Positions 11,801-26,800 are shown, counted from the first letter of the stretch. The stretch: 64,000 bases of DNA from Octopus sinensis (GCF_006345805.1 NC_042999.1:77314001-77378000); one strand, 5' to 3'. Numbers and translations: made by a program. Notes: generated by a model not told the origin, from the letters alone.

Positions 11801-14800
11801 ATGGCTGTATGCCTTCTACTATAACCTTGGGTTGGCCAAAGCCTTGTGAGTGGATCTGGTAGACAGAAACTGGAAGAAGACAGTCATATAAATGTGTGTG
11901 TGTGTGTGTACTCTTGTCTTCACATTGCTTGTTGATTGTAAATGAGCATCATTGTCATACAAGCAGTGTTGTTCATTTCTAGTCCATCCTTCATAAAAAA
12001 AACATGTATGGCTATGGAGAAAATATTACCTTGCTTGAAAACAGTTGAGGGCTGGCAACAGGAAGGACATCCAGCCATAGAAAATCTGCCTCAACAAATT
12101 CCATCTAACTCATTCAAGCATGAAAAAGTGGACATTAACTGATGTTACTTGTACAATGCTGACATTCTGCCAGAGGGTAGAATTTAACTTTTCTTCAACT
12201 ATCACTGTTGTAACTACAGATCACAAGATTTGTGAACCTCGGGAACCTTTAGAAGATATTCTTTCTTGTCTTTATATTAATAGACAACCCAAATGTAACT
12301 TTTGTTTTTAAAATATGCAAATAAAATAAAAATAAACTTGCAGTCATGCAACTAAAAGCACAATCTAAAATCTAGCTGTTTTCATGGTTGTTTTTCATGT
12401 CAGGACTACATCAATAATCCTTAATTCTGTTTGGAATTATTTTCTAAAACTAAATTTGGCAATGGTGGTTTTGTGGATATTATAGTTGCTACTGCTGCTT
12501 CATGTTCTTCAGTGTAGGCCATCTGTCTTTTCATACATAATATTCTGATTATTTCTATATATTCATCTTGCTCTAATGCAAACTATTACTTGGACAGACA
12601 GTTCATTGTACTATTCTTAACATAAAGATTTTGGTGCTACTTTAACATATTGTTTACCACAGTATCCATAGTCTGTGTGGTGAAACAACCTGCCCCGGGT
12701 TAGGGTTTAGAATTAGGAATAGGGTTAGACTGCATGCTACAGTGTAGATAGCCAGGTTGACCACACATTAAAGTAGCACCAAAATTTCCTTATTATTGTG
12801 GACTGGCAGGAAAAGTATGATACAGGACAAAATCCCTGAGAGTACTTTCACAAAGATACATTTAGTGTTCAAATCTTGTTGAAGTCAGTTTTGCCTTTTT
12901 GTTCCTGCAGGATTGATAAAAGAAATATCTATCATGTACTGGGTAGATTGAACATTCTACATATATATCCCAAAACGTCTCCCAAAAAGTTATAAGTAGT
13001 AGTAGACTTATGTTTCACATCCTTTACATCTGTGATTTTTTTTTTGTCCACTAATCTACCAAATATACTTCATTAAGAATTTTATTTTATTTTTCAATTT
13101 TTCAGTTATATATGTTTACAATAACTTATTTACACATGTGAAATGCACGTGTATGCATACATATGTGCACTTTTATCAACACATGTACATTCAAAGATAT
13201 TTACAAAAAAAACAGTGATATATTATTGATATATGCACATGTATTTGTGTTTCTTTACACATATACACACACAAAGACACATAGCTACTGCTAGCCTACC
13301 TGAAAGGGTTCTGCTCAAGATATAAGTATTTCCCAGCAGGACATCTTCTAAAGTTCTTTTGAAATAGGATTGTTTTGGGAGTGATTCTATTCTTTTGGGC
13401 ATTTTTTTCTCTTTGGTACACTGCTCACATAGCTTTTATGTTTGACTACATTTCAAAAGCTTTCAACCCTCCCCATCTCAACTTCGTAATATAGTAGTTT
13501 TTGATAACAGTGATTTTATTTATTGACATGTCAGGGTAGTGGATAAAGATTTAATTATTCAAAGAGCATTGTTTATTCTTTCACACTGTCTCCCAAGTCA
13601 TCTATTTTGCCCCTCTCCATTTTCTCTAATATTTCTCCCAAACATCAACCTTCTAGAAATTCTTTCCCATTCACATTTTTTCTGCAGATGTTTACTAATA
13701 TTCAAGCTCAACATTTACCATATCAATCTCACCAGTTTTGGAAAGCCTGCAAAAGTCATGGCCTTTCCTCTTCTTCCTGACAAAACCTTCAAAATATTTT
13801 TCTTTTAATTTAAGGACCTCTAGTCTTTTTAATATCCTTATAATGATTTCAGTAGAAAAGCATCCAAATAAAATACTGTTCACTTTTGACACAGTAAAAC
13901 ACTTTTTTTCCAACAGAGTAGTTGATGAAATGTAATCCAGTTTATTATGAACATTTATTTTATGTAAAACCTTGGGATTTGCATTCAAAATAGTAGTGTA
14001 TTTGAGTAACTGGAGCTGTGAATGTTATCACATTTAATACATGAAGCATTTAAAATCCAAATTAGAAATCAATTTCTCTCTATATATGTATAATGTTCCA
14101 AGGAGACTGAGAAAAATTGACTCTATACTCCGTTTCAACATTCTTTCTACATCTTGGCAGACAATGAGTTGTGGTTTGAGAGAGAGATTCAACTGCTATT
14201 TCTCAAAATGCAAACCTCCTCCGTGAGATGGCAACTAATAATATATATGGTTTTGTGAGTTTTCACTTTGAAGTTTATAAATATAGAAGGCAGACATGTA
14301 TATAGAAGTAATTTCATATTTATAAATAGAGATTTATGTGTATCTATGCACATATACAGGAATGAAATCTATAGTCCATTCATGTTCCATTAGAAAGCCC
14401 AAGATATTATTCAAAATGGAAAACAGCATAAATTATGTCTAACATTATGCTTTTATGTTTAACCTGACCTTAGATTATAGATCTCTTTCATTGCTATGTC
14501 ATATTAGTTTACTATTTCTTGTGAAGAATTATTTTAATTATGAAATATTCACATTCTACTTTATAATATCTTTCGGATTTTGAGAGCTAAGAAGGGTATT
14601 TCAACAGTTTATAAACATGCTCAATGTAGCCTCAAAATCTTTGTCTTTATGAAGATATTCATCTATTGTAAACTTTAAATTTTACCACACAATTAGGTCT
14701 GAATGGTGTATAATTTGCTATACTGCTTTCCAAAAATTTGTGACCTTGATTTTATAATTAATCTTATTTTTATTTGGTAGATTTGCATTTTCTGATATTA

Positions 14801-17800
14801 ATTTTAGATTTTAGGATACTTAAAGAAAAACGAAAGGAACCATAGCATAAGAGATGCTTTTAACTTACCGTAGATGCTTGTAAATAAGTTGTGATTTTCC
14901 ACTCTAAAAATACATGAAAAAATACATGTGACTTATTTATTGAATTTTATCATTAACATACACGTATAATTGCGTATGTCAGGTAGTTTGGCTATATAAC
15001 TAATTAGTCTATATGAATATTGGTATTGCTAACAAATATATGTTAATGACATCATGTATGAAAATATAAATTATTGCTTAGGTAGAATATAATTTCACTA
15101 TAAATATGAGACTACATAATAATGTCTGTAATTATATGTTGTCTCACAAATTTATATATGGATAGCTTCCATATGTAGTCAAACGATTGTTACCCTTAAT
15201 TTGTGCATATTGTCAATCAAGACTGATTATTTAAATGTACCATTGGATTTATTTGTTCCAGGTGTAGATCATAGAAACACAATATGTTATACTTATGGTT
15301 CTGGTACCTTTCTAGACAATATTAACAATAATTAAGATTATTTTAACTTTTTTTTTAAGGCAATTGTAAGTTAAATTACAAACAGTATTTATGGAAAGTG
15401 GCAAGTGACTTATGAAAAGCTGAAAGGTTAAAGCCAAAATATTGTAAATGCAAATGGGGTACATCTTATTTATTAATGATTCCTAAATGTGTGTATCATC
15501 ATCATCATCATCATCATCATTTAACGTCCGCTTTCCATGCTAGCATGGGTTGGACGGTTCAACTGGGGTCTGGGGAGCCCGAAGGCTGCACCAGGTCAGT
15601 CAGATCTGGCAGTGTTTCTACAGCTGGATGCCTTTCCTAACGCCATATATATATATATCATCATCATTTAACATCCGCCTTCCATGCTGGCATAGTAATT
15701 TTCAAAATTATCTTCATTAAAAGTTGTAACAACTAACAATAACAATTGAAAGCATGTTACCTTAAAAATAAAGGAATAATGTATAAATCTGAAAATGAAA
15801 AGCAATTAGAAAACACTACCATTCAGTAGTTATTTCTTATATTGGTACAAGGTCACAGTACTTATTTTATTAATCCTGGAGAGATGAAAGGCAAAATTGA
15901 CCCTAGCATTTTCTGGTTCTGACAATTATGCCATTGACAGCTCAATAAAATTTAGTGGGATTTATGTCACAGAGTATGCAATCTCTAAATTGCTAAAAGT
16001 GCAGTTTCAAACTCTAATAACTGTATGATAAATGCAAAATCTAAATTCATTACCACCTTATAATACTGTCCGGTCATGATGAAATCAATACCAAATATAA
16101 CTTTCACCAAACAAAGTGTGTTACCACACAACCATGCCTCATCTTGCACACTTTGTTTGGTGAAAGTTGAGGCATGGCTGTGTGATAAGAAGCTTGCTTG
16201 CCAACCACATCATTCCAGGTTCAGTCCCACTACATGACACCTTGGGCAAGTGTCTTCTACTTTAGCCAAGGGATGACCAAAGCCTTGTGAGTGGATCTGG
16301 TGGACAGAAACTGAAAGAATCACATCATATATATGTGTGTCTTTGTGTCTGTGTTTGTCCCCCATGACTACTTGACAACTAGTGTTGGTGTGCTTAGTGG
16401 TTCAATAAAGAGGCCAATAGAATAAAAACCAGGATTTTTAGATAAATAAGTACTGGAGTCAATTCATTCAACTAAAAATTCTTTAATGCAGTATCCCAGC
16501 ATGGCTGCATTCTAATGACAAAAGACAAGTAAACGATAAAAGATAATAACTTCTAAATATCATGTCATTCTGTTATTTTCTCTATAAAAGCATGGCTTTC
16601 AGATTATTACTAATACATGAATTTGTTAAGAAAGTCTAGTGGCTTATATCTTGCAATATTTGAAAATTATTGAGCAACCTAATATTCATTGTTCTGATTT
16701 AAAATCTTTCTTAGATGAACTTTGTTTCATCCCTCAAAATTGATAAAATAAGTACCAGTAATATACTGAAATCAAGTAATTCACTTATACAGTTTCCATA
16801 CAAAACACAACTCTTCATATCTTGTAAAAATATTTTCAAGTATCCATTTTCAAAAAATGACCTGTCTATGTGAATATAGAAAAAAACAATACATTTGAGA
16901 TAGTAAAACTTCCTTGGTTTTCCTTATATTTTGCCATCTGTTCTGTGAAATGCATCCTTTTAAAATGCCCATCTATTTCACTTTTCAAGTAAACATTTAT
17001 GTGTTTAAAATAGTTATCAAAAACTCCATAGTCTTCTTGATCACAGCTGGCCTGGAGTTAAGTAGTAACTTTATCTTCATGTGATTTCATTTTTGCAAAC
17101 TATTTTAGATTTTGCAGTTTTAAAATATTAATTTCTAATAAAGCTATAGGAAATAACTAAATCACAATCAAATGCTCTGTCTACAAAATATTTAAGTTTT
17201 AAAAAAAGATTTTAAATCTTTCTTTGTGTAACTTCTCTTGGTCTTTAGGTTCCTGTAGTATAGTTCACTGTTCTAAACATTCAGATCAGTTTACTTGGCT
17301 TATGTTGTCCCTGCAAATATTGACTGAAAGAAGTTCAGTAGAGCAGGTAACTCCATCAATCTCACAGGACTGATAAGGCCTACAAAAATCATGGATACTG
17401 CCCCTCTTCCTATTCATAACCTGTCATTAGTGAAGGGTATTTGGCTCACAATTGTAAGGTCTTGAGTTCAATTCTTGTGTCCTGGAGGAAGACACTTTAT
17501 TTCACATTGCTCCAGTCCACTCAGCTGGCAAAAATAAGAAGTACCTGTATTTCAAAGGGCCTGCCTTGTTATATTTTGCATCATGCAGATTCTCCCTGCG
17601 AACTACTTTTAGGGTATGCATGTCTGTGAAGTGCTCAGCCACTTACACATTGATTTCATGAGCGGACTGTTCTGTGGATCAGATATACTGGAATGGAATA
17701 CTCATCATTGTAACCAACAGAGTGCCAGTTTTTTTTTTTTTTTTTTTTTTTAAGATCTTATCACCAATATAACATTGTGTTAGAAATCAAAACGCTTCAC

Positions 17801-20800
17801 TTTCAAGAGTAGAATGGCTCACTACTGTAAATAGCAAGTATAGTACTATTAGCAAATGTTTTTGTTAGCGTATTGTGTTGAGTTCTGGAACTTAACTACA
17901 ACCATGGTATTACTGTACCCATTGTGTCATATCATTTGGAGTACATAAAGTCTGCTTATCTCAGTTCACTTTGAAAATATATTTCACTCCATTTTTTTTT
18001 TTTTTAATTAGTTTGTCAGGGACGGAAGGGCAGCAACCATGACCCTTTGTTTTTTTCTAGACTGCTAAAACTGGTGGAAAAAGGGAGGAGGCCATCTTCA
18101 AACCAAAGACCAGGCCCTGATGCCTGCAACAAAATGAACCCCCACTAAAATCACACAAAAACCAGGTGATGGTGATTAACCAAATAATAGATTAAATCTA
18201 CTTCCCTAAAATTCAGAAGATAAGGAACCAGAACAAATACTGCAAGACATCTTGTCTGATGCACTAACAATTCTGCCAATCTACCACTTTGGTCTAGTGC
18301 TTTATTTTATCTATTATGTAAAGATAATAGACAAAGTTGACCTCAGTGAGATTTCACAAATGAGTGATTAACAGTCAGACTCTCTAGGTAAAAAAAAAAA
18401 GTTACAACAATGCTGATGGTACATGATCAAAGTGGTTGTAAAAAAAAAATTACAATTTTCATTGTTACTATGGATTATTGTTATCATTTATTGGGTGATA
18501 GATTCGACAGAATGCCTTGCCATAATTCTTCTAATTCTTTGATCCATATTTCATATTTTACTTAATATGTGTAATCTTTCAAACTCCTTACAGAGATGGT
18601 ATTGTTTGTTGGACAAATTGCATCAATAAGTATGCAAAATTTTATAATGATATCTAGTTTGCTCCTATCTCTCTATCTTACATATTTGCAATTTTCAGAG
18701 AAGTAATCCCACTGTTTTCATTTTTTGCAACTGTCTCTGATGTAAACTTGTATCATTTCTCTGATGTAAATTTTGATTTACTTGCATATTTCCCACATAT
18801 AGGTAGCTACCTCATCATGTCCCCTGAAGCATTGTGAATTGACCACAAATGTGGTATTTAAGTTTGACATTTTGCTTCAGTATATAATTCTGTTTGATGT
18901 CTAATCAGGAGGTACTAATCCTGGAAATCATAGGCACTCAATTTTCCCTATTTGGAACCTGATGTAGCTCTATTGTTTATTGCAATTGGGTTTATTTAAT
19001 CAATATAGGAATCTGCTATGAAATGGTTTTAATTTCCATCCCTTCATTTTCTCAACTGTTTTTTATTTTACTTATTTCTCTAAAATTTTTTTCCTTACTT
19101 AATCTATGTACTTCTGCTAAATATTTCAGTAATTCTTTGTTTAGTGAATACAAGGTTTTGATTTTGTTATGTTTTATAACTACTTAAAACAGAATGCTTT
19201 CTATTTGTATAGTTTTTTCTCATTCTTTAAAATTTTTTATATGACAGCAAGTCTCTAATCTAGCTGAAGAGAATTTAAAGACCATTCTTAGTTATATAAG
19301 GTCCCTTCCTCCATTATGTCTTTTTGGATAATGTAATCTAAATTCTGAATTATGCTATAGTTTTCCTATTTTCTATCTAGTTTTTGGATCGCTTACAACT
19401 TCCACTTTATAACATTGAAATGATAGCTTACTATCAAATGTACTGACATGCTTATTGCTTCCATCCTATGTTTTGAGTAAGTTTACTCTTAAGGATCATC
19501 TTAGTCAGCTGAGATTGAGTCTTTACGTTTCATATCTTCTATTTGTTTACCTTCATTGATTCTCAGACATTTATCCATTTCTTGTGTTCTTAATTCTTCA
19601 GTTGCATTGTCAGTATTTACTAACATGATTAGCTCGCCTTCATTGAAGGTGAATCTTGTCATTCATCAACACCAAGCTACATATTGTTTGCATTGGAAAG
19701 ACTTTCTAATTGTGTATCTGAGTTAGAATACAATTTAAATTATTATTTTTATCATTATACAGTTTTATTATTATATAGATCACAAAAACATTGGGAACAA
19801 TGTGGGATTTCTTAAAAGGGTATGAAAAAGGAGAATAACTAACAAAAAAGCAAATTCCAAACAATAATTCCCCAAAAGTGGGAGACTTTCAAAAGTTACT
19901 CATGAGAATCCCACAGCACCCCTAAAGTAATTGTCATTTTCATGTTCTCCTTCTTCAATCTACAGGCACATACTCAGAGTAGACCCTTTCACTTGGACCA
20001 TGCTCATTACTATCATTACTAATTTGCTGGATAGGGTGAAGGGCAGCAATTCCCTCTCTGCTTTCACTTTCCTTTTTATGTGAAACTTGAAAAAGTTGAT
20101 TATTTCTTTCATTGGCCACAAGGTCCCAGGACATTGAGTAAAATAAAAATAAAAAAGAAGTATAACAATAAAGAATTTCAACAAGAGAGTTCCCTGACTG
20201 AAGGAAGACCACCGTATTTAATTGGGAGATGTCTTCATGCAAGTGCTCAGATTACTCTATCACATCCAAGGCATCAAAAGTGCCTTCTCTCTGTTTCTTT
20301 CTTCTTACAAAGAAAAGCTTACAGAGGGTAGGCCATTCAGTCTCTACACTCTTGCCACTCTCACTTATATTTTGTTGAATAATAATAATTATTATTATTA
20401 TTTTGATTCTCACTGTTCTCTTTGCGGTTGTTCTTTACTTGAAGGCAGGCAATAACAAATCACCAAAGCTTTCAAGTCATGCCTTCTCCTGTGACTCAAA
20501 GAGACAATACTCTCCTTAGAATGTGAGCTGTACCCAACAATGCTGCCTTCTGGATCACTTCAAGCCTGAAAGTAGCTCCAATATTCTTATGCTTTTCAAA
20601 GCTCTTGGAAACTGTTCCTAATGCTCCAGCTATCACCGGTTTTACCATTACTTTCTTCATGCCCCATAACTTTCCTATCTCATCCCACAATAGCTGGTAT
20701 TTCTCACTCTTTTCTGTTTCCTTACATTTCACCTTCGAATCACCTGGTATTGCAACATCTATTGTCTTTGCTTCTTTTAATGTTAAGATCCCAGAGTATT

Positions 20801-23800
20801 TATTAATGTTCGTTTTCCATTATTCCCTCTGGCTTGTGTTCATACCATTGTTCTGCTCTCTCAAGGTATTCTTTACCGCACAACAGCCAGTGGACATATC
20901 TGGCCATATTGTTGTACTCTTTTTGTATTCGCATTGTGCAAGCTTACAGCACTCACTAACAATATGGCTTATACTTTCTCCCTTCTCAGAGCACATCCTA
21001 CAGTGTGGCGAGTCAGTGCTTTTATCAATGTGGGACCATATCATATGCTTTCCTGTAGTCCACCCATGCCATCACTAAATTTTTGTGTCTCTTCTTGCAG
21101 TCAGCCAGGATAGTCTTATCGATTAGTAATTGATCCTTCATTCCTCTGCTCTTACATCTACACCCCTTTTGTCCCACTGGTAGTAGGTCTTTCTCATCTA
21201 GGTATTTATAGATGCTGCTTGATATGATGGCTGTCATCAGTTTCCACATCAGTGGCAAACAAGATATTGGTTGGAAATTTCCAACCGCACTCCTTTACTT
21301 GGCTCCTTCTGGCATAGTACCGTTCTTTCTTTTTGTCATCCAGGCCAGTACTTGGATGTCACTTCTCATTATTTCATCCAGCTGTTTCACAATTCTCCTC
21401 TGCAGAGCTGTCAAGTTTTTAAGCCAAAAGCCCTAAAGCTGGCAGAATCATTAGCTTGCCAAGCCAAATGCTTAATAGCATTTCATCCATCTTTATTTTC
21501 TGAGTTCAAATTCCGCCAAGGTCAGTTTTGCCTCTCATTTTTTCAGGGTCAGTAAAATAAGTACTAGTTGATCACTAGGGATGATGTAATCTATTAGTTC
21601 CCTCCTCCAAAATTACTGGCTTTCTGCCAAAATTTGAAATCATCATCAGCTTCATTATTATTATTATTATTATTATTATTCTTTAGTGAACTGGCAGAAT
21701 TGTTAGTGCATTGGAAGAAATGCTTGAACAAAAATACTTAGTAGTATTTCTTCCTGCTCTTTAAATTCAAGTTAACACCCAGCCAAGGTCAACCTTGCCT
21801 TTTATCCTTTTAGGGTCAATAAAATAAAGTACCAGTCAAGAACTAAAGTCAATGTAATCAACTTATCTCCTCCCCTACAGATTGTTGATCTTTTGCCAAA
21901 ATTTAATATTGTTGTTATTATTATTTAGCGATCACTAGTTCAATCATATAACTAGTTTAATCTGCTTAAGTTCATCATTAAGTACATACTATATATATGT
22001 AAGTATCTATGGACGTAAGGTGACATGTAAATTGCTTATTTATTATAAATCTACATCTGCTTGCATTAGATAGTACATGTTATATCAGTGCAGTATCATT
22101 GAACTCCAGTGTAACTGTTGAAAAAACATTTTCAACAGGCATTTAGACAAGTGAGTTTAGTTGAATAGGATTAGGGGCCATGGCCATCATGTATTTGGTT
22201 GGGTTGGGGGCTGTTACAGTATTAGCTGATAAAATTTTAATATAACAGAAATTTAGTTCTTAGTATCCATCTATTTATCAGCATTGTACAACCAAATAGT
22301 TCAGGATTGTTGTCCATAGGAACTAAAGACAATCAATCCTGATAATCTTGCTCTCATACAGTCTACTGAAGAATTGCAGAAAATATACTTTATATGAAAG
22401 GATGGTCTAGAGCCTGTGGTCTGCAGACCCCAGGTGGTCCACAAAGGTAGTACTGGGGGTCTGTGAACTAAATTCAAAATTTCGTGTGTGTGTGTGTGTG
22501 TGTGTGTGTAAAGGAGTGGCTGTGTGGTAAGAAGCTTCCTTCCCAACCACATGGTTTCGGGTTCAGTCCCACTTCGGCAAGTGTCTTCGACTATAGCCTC
22601 AGGTCAATCAAAGCTTTGTGAATGGATTTGGTAGACTGAAACTGAAAGAAGCCAGTTGTGTGTATATATACATATTTATATATTTGTGTGTATATTTATG
22701 TGCCTATGTTTGTCCCCCCCCCCCACTATCGCTTGTCAACTGATGTTGGTGTGTTTACGTCCCTGATTCGGCAAAAGAGACCAATAGAATAAGTACTAGG
22801 CTTACAAAGAATAAGTCCTGGGGTCGATTTATACGACTAAGAGGTGATGCTCCAGTATGACCTCAGCCCTGGGCTGAAACCAGTAAAAGGTAAAATAATA
22901 TATACATATATATATAAGGATAAGCATATTAAAAGGGGGGCTGTGAGAAAATAAAAGGGGTCCTTGATAGTGAAAAGGTTGGGAACCACTGGTCTAGAGT
23001 CAAAAAGATAAACAGTCAACATGGCAAACTGCTAGCTATTAACAGAGAACATCAAATCCTTGTATCACATAGAAAATGAATGAATACGTAGGACTTCAAT
23101 ACTGTGTACTTATTGCAAGTGAGGTGTATACTAAATGTGCAATAAGATGTGTGGCAAATTATTACATTATCAGAACTTTTGATGTGATAGATTCATAGGA
23201 GTGGTCAGCCACAGAAGAACCTATAAAATAAAAAAAAAATGAACTTAAACAGCTTTCAAAACACAGTTAACAGTTTTTATTACTTAGTTAATCTAATTAG
23301 TTAGCAGGTACAGCTGTAGTGACAGCATAGTTGCAGTGGAAGGGGAAAAAGAAATTATCTTGGTAGGTAGCAAAGACTTTTTCTCTTCACTTCAAAGGCA
23401 GACTAGATGAAGTGTGCTTAAGATGTATGATACTAATGAGTTATGGGTATCATCAAGTACAAATGATCTGCAGAAGACAGACTTATCCTTCAGATATATA
23501 AAGCTTATTTGTATTAAAAAGCATTGCACAAGTGAGCTGAGAGAGCAACCAAGCAGTAAAAGCATCAGCTAAAGTGTGCAGGACATAATTATTCTGAAGT
23601 AGATGTATAGTGCAAATAATCTATTAAAATGAGGCACTGTTGCTGTAGCAGAGGGACAACAAATTTCAGGAATTTCCCCCTGATTTTATCATCCGATGCA
23701 GTTAGTCCATTGTGTCCACAAACTGGAAAATCGTAGCAAGTATTTATCTAGTAGTCTTTCTAGAGCATAGATTCTCAAAGTGGGTGCTACTGCTCCCTGT

Positions 23801-26800
23801 GGGTGTTGAGACGGTCCAGGTGGCCCCCTAAGGGGATGGGGGGTGTAGAGAAAAAGGAGGCATTGGGAGGAAGGCATTGAGTTGGGGGACGCTATAAATT
23901 TATCATAATATTATTATAGTATTGTATACAAATTATATAATGTATTAAATATCAAATGATTCATAGTATATATAAATTAGTAAAATATAAAATATTTATG
24001 TATACATAAAAATAGGGTTGGGGTACTGAGAGTATTACGTGGCCATGATGGGGTGGGGCCTAAAAAGTTTGAGAACCTCTGATCTAGAGGGATATTTCTT
24101 TCGCAGTTGCTTAAGTCTTTATGTAAACTATATTGATCCTATAATGAAATTTGAAGAGTTTCAAGAAGATTGACTTACCAGTATTTTCAGTTAGTGTCTC
24201 ACATTTCCATACCTCTATCATTAGTGTTGATTCAACACACTAAAGATTTTTATACTTTTGTTGTTCTTTGAAAGGAAAATTTTTTATCTAATGGCAAGCA
24301 TTATGAAGTGTCATTACAGTTCAAGTCAAATCCATGAGTGGTTTTGATTCCTAGTCAAAGCCATTTTAATTCAGAAATTTGAGGCTACATGCTTTATAAA
24401 TCTGAAGCTAAATGTCTTTGTAAGAAATCAATGTTTTTATTTGACTGAAAGGTTAGTTGTTTAGTATTGTTCATCTGTGGATTTCAACTGAAGATGATGA
24501 TGGAAGAATATTAGGTGAATGAATTCAGTTTTTGTTATTAAAATGTTGCCCCAACTATAATAAAGCTTACTACTTAAGCATTTAACTTTAAAAGCTTTAA
24601 CCTTTTAGCTTTAACTAAAAAAATGCTTTTTTTTTTGCTTTTTTATTGGCTCCTTTTAATTCTCTTCTTGTAACTAAAGCTTAAACTTTATTCTGTGAGA
24701 AATACATGTATTTAACCCTTTTGTTATCATATTTCAGTTGAGATGCTCTGTGTTTCTTTCAATTAATTTTAAATATAACAAAGAATTTAGTAAAATAACT
24801 TAGTTATCATTAAGCTAGTGTTAGGAGCATAAATTGTGACTAAGGTTTGGTGGAAGATTTTAATTCAGAATTTTTGAAAACAAGACATTTGTACTACAGA
24901 GCTAGAGGCAGTTTCAGGCGGGTTGGTATCAAAAGGGTTGCCTCCAATGATTTTAACTAACAGCAAAACTGCAGTGAAAATCCTTGCTTTGATGTGAACT
25001 GTAAAATGTTTTGTATTAAAAAAAAACTGCCATTGTCTTTATTTAGTTATATATTAGGAATGGAAAGTGTTTCATTGTTTACTGGGCTAACACTGTGGCT
25101 AACATAAAACGGCTTTGTTATTCTCCTTGTTTGTATTATGTCTGGAAGATATTTTTCTGCTGTGTTGATTTCATAGGCTATTGCAGTATGCAGCTCTCTG
25201 ACAGATAATTCTCCTGCAGGAAAAGATCAATATATTTTCCCAATATCATCTTTAGAATTGCCATAATTAAGCTCAGTTTTAGTTACTGTTGTTCAACTGT
25301 ATACTATCTACTGAAAAATTCATTCCAATTTTATCCTGAGAAAGCAGGGTAGAAAATAAAGCTAATAATTAGTTTTCTCCTTGCTACACTAAGTCTCTAA
25401 TACATTGATGGGCTCTTATAATTGCATCTAACTAGTTTAGTAATTGAAAGAGTACAATGTTAGTGAATATGTGTGTAATGGAGGTTATCTAATTATTAGA
25501 TTATTCATTTGTTGAAATCCAGTGAGTGTTAAATGAGAGAAGTAATTACATTTTGGAAAACAACTTTTTCAAAAAAAGTCTTTATCCTTATCATCCTTGC
25601 TATTTGTGACCAAGAGAGTGTTGTATTTTAGTGGTGGTGGTTGGTATCAGCAGTATTGATATCCCCACTGTAGTAGTAGTTGTTTTGTGAGGGTTTTTGT
25701 ATTGTTGTCCCAATAAGTTCTACTGAGCAGGCAATATTCAGTTTGTCAGTTGAAAGGTTTAGCAGTGACTACAGCCAGAAGTCACTATTAAAGATGATTC
25801 TTGCTGTAGTTAAAGTGCAAATAATATTGTTCCAGCTTTTGAGAAGGGATAGATATGGCTGTCTAGTTAAGAATTTCACTTCTCCAATCATGTGATTTGG
25901 GGCTCAGATTTTGTGCCGTATCTTGAGCAGGTGTCTTATACAACCTCTAAGTCAACCAAAGTGAGAGAAGCCTGCAGTGAAGTCTGTCACATATGTATGT
26001 AGATAGGTAGCTGTGTATGCATATTTGCATCAATGTGTTGTACCCTACAGCATGCACTGCTGTTGTCACTCCTCCAGTCAACAACTTGTCCTCTTGCTTC
26101 ATGCTTTTGCAGACTTGTAAAATAAAAGATTTGTTATTTGAGAAACAGATAAGGGTTCACAACAGGAAAGGCATCCTTCTGTCAAACAATACCTCAATAA
26201 TATTTTTGTCTAAACCATGCAAGCATGCAAAAATGGATGTAAAGAGATTAGGTTTAACAGCTAAGCAACTGGAAGTGCTATTTTATTTGAAGTCTTTCTG
26301 AATGTCAGCACTGATGAAGGTGAAGCCATGATAATTTTGTCTTTTATTCAAATACAGTCTAGCTAGTCAGTATTATTCAGTAAGTCATTAACCTTTTTGT
26401 TACCTTTTTAATAGGTTGAGTGACTGCATAAAGGCCTCCATAGTCCACATTTAAGGAGCTGTTAGTAATTTTAGGATGTTGACAATGATGGAGATAGGGT
26501 TCATGTGTTTCATTAAGGTTTCCTTTAATAATTGTTTATTTTAAAATCTGTTTATTTTTGTAATAGAATTATACCCCTGAATTTATTGCACTTGTCAAAT
26601 ATATAGTTTATATTTATTGTGCAGTTGATGTGTGCTTGCATTTGTAAGCAATCTGTTAGCATCATAATAGATAAAAATAGTAAATGGGTGGTTAAAAAAA
26701 AATACACTAATTATTACAAGCTTGTAAGCTCAGACCAAGCTGCAACTTCTGTGTTAGAAATCTTATTACTCCTTAACTCAATGTGCATAACTATGAAATA

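Noticed and set aside
20605-21078. 157-aa plus-strand ORF
   Set aside because: Antisense shadow of the RLE LINE fragment.
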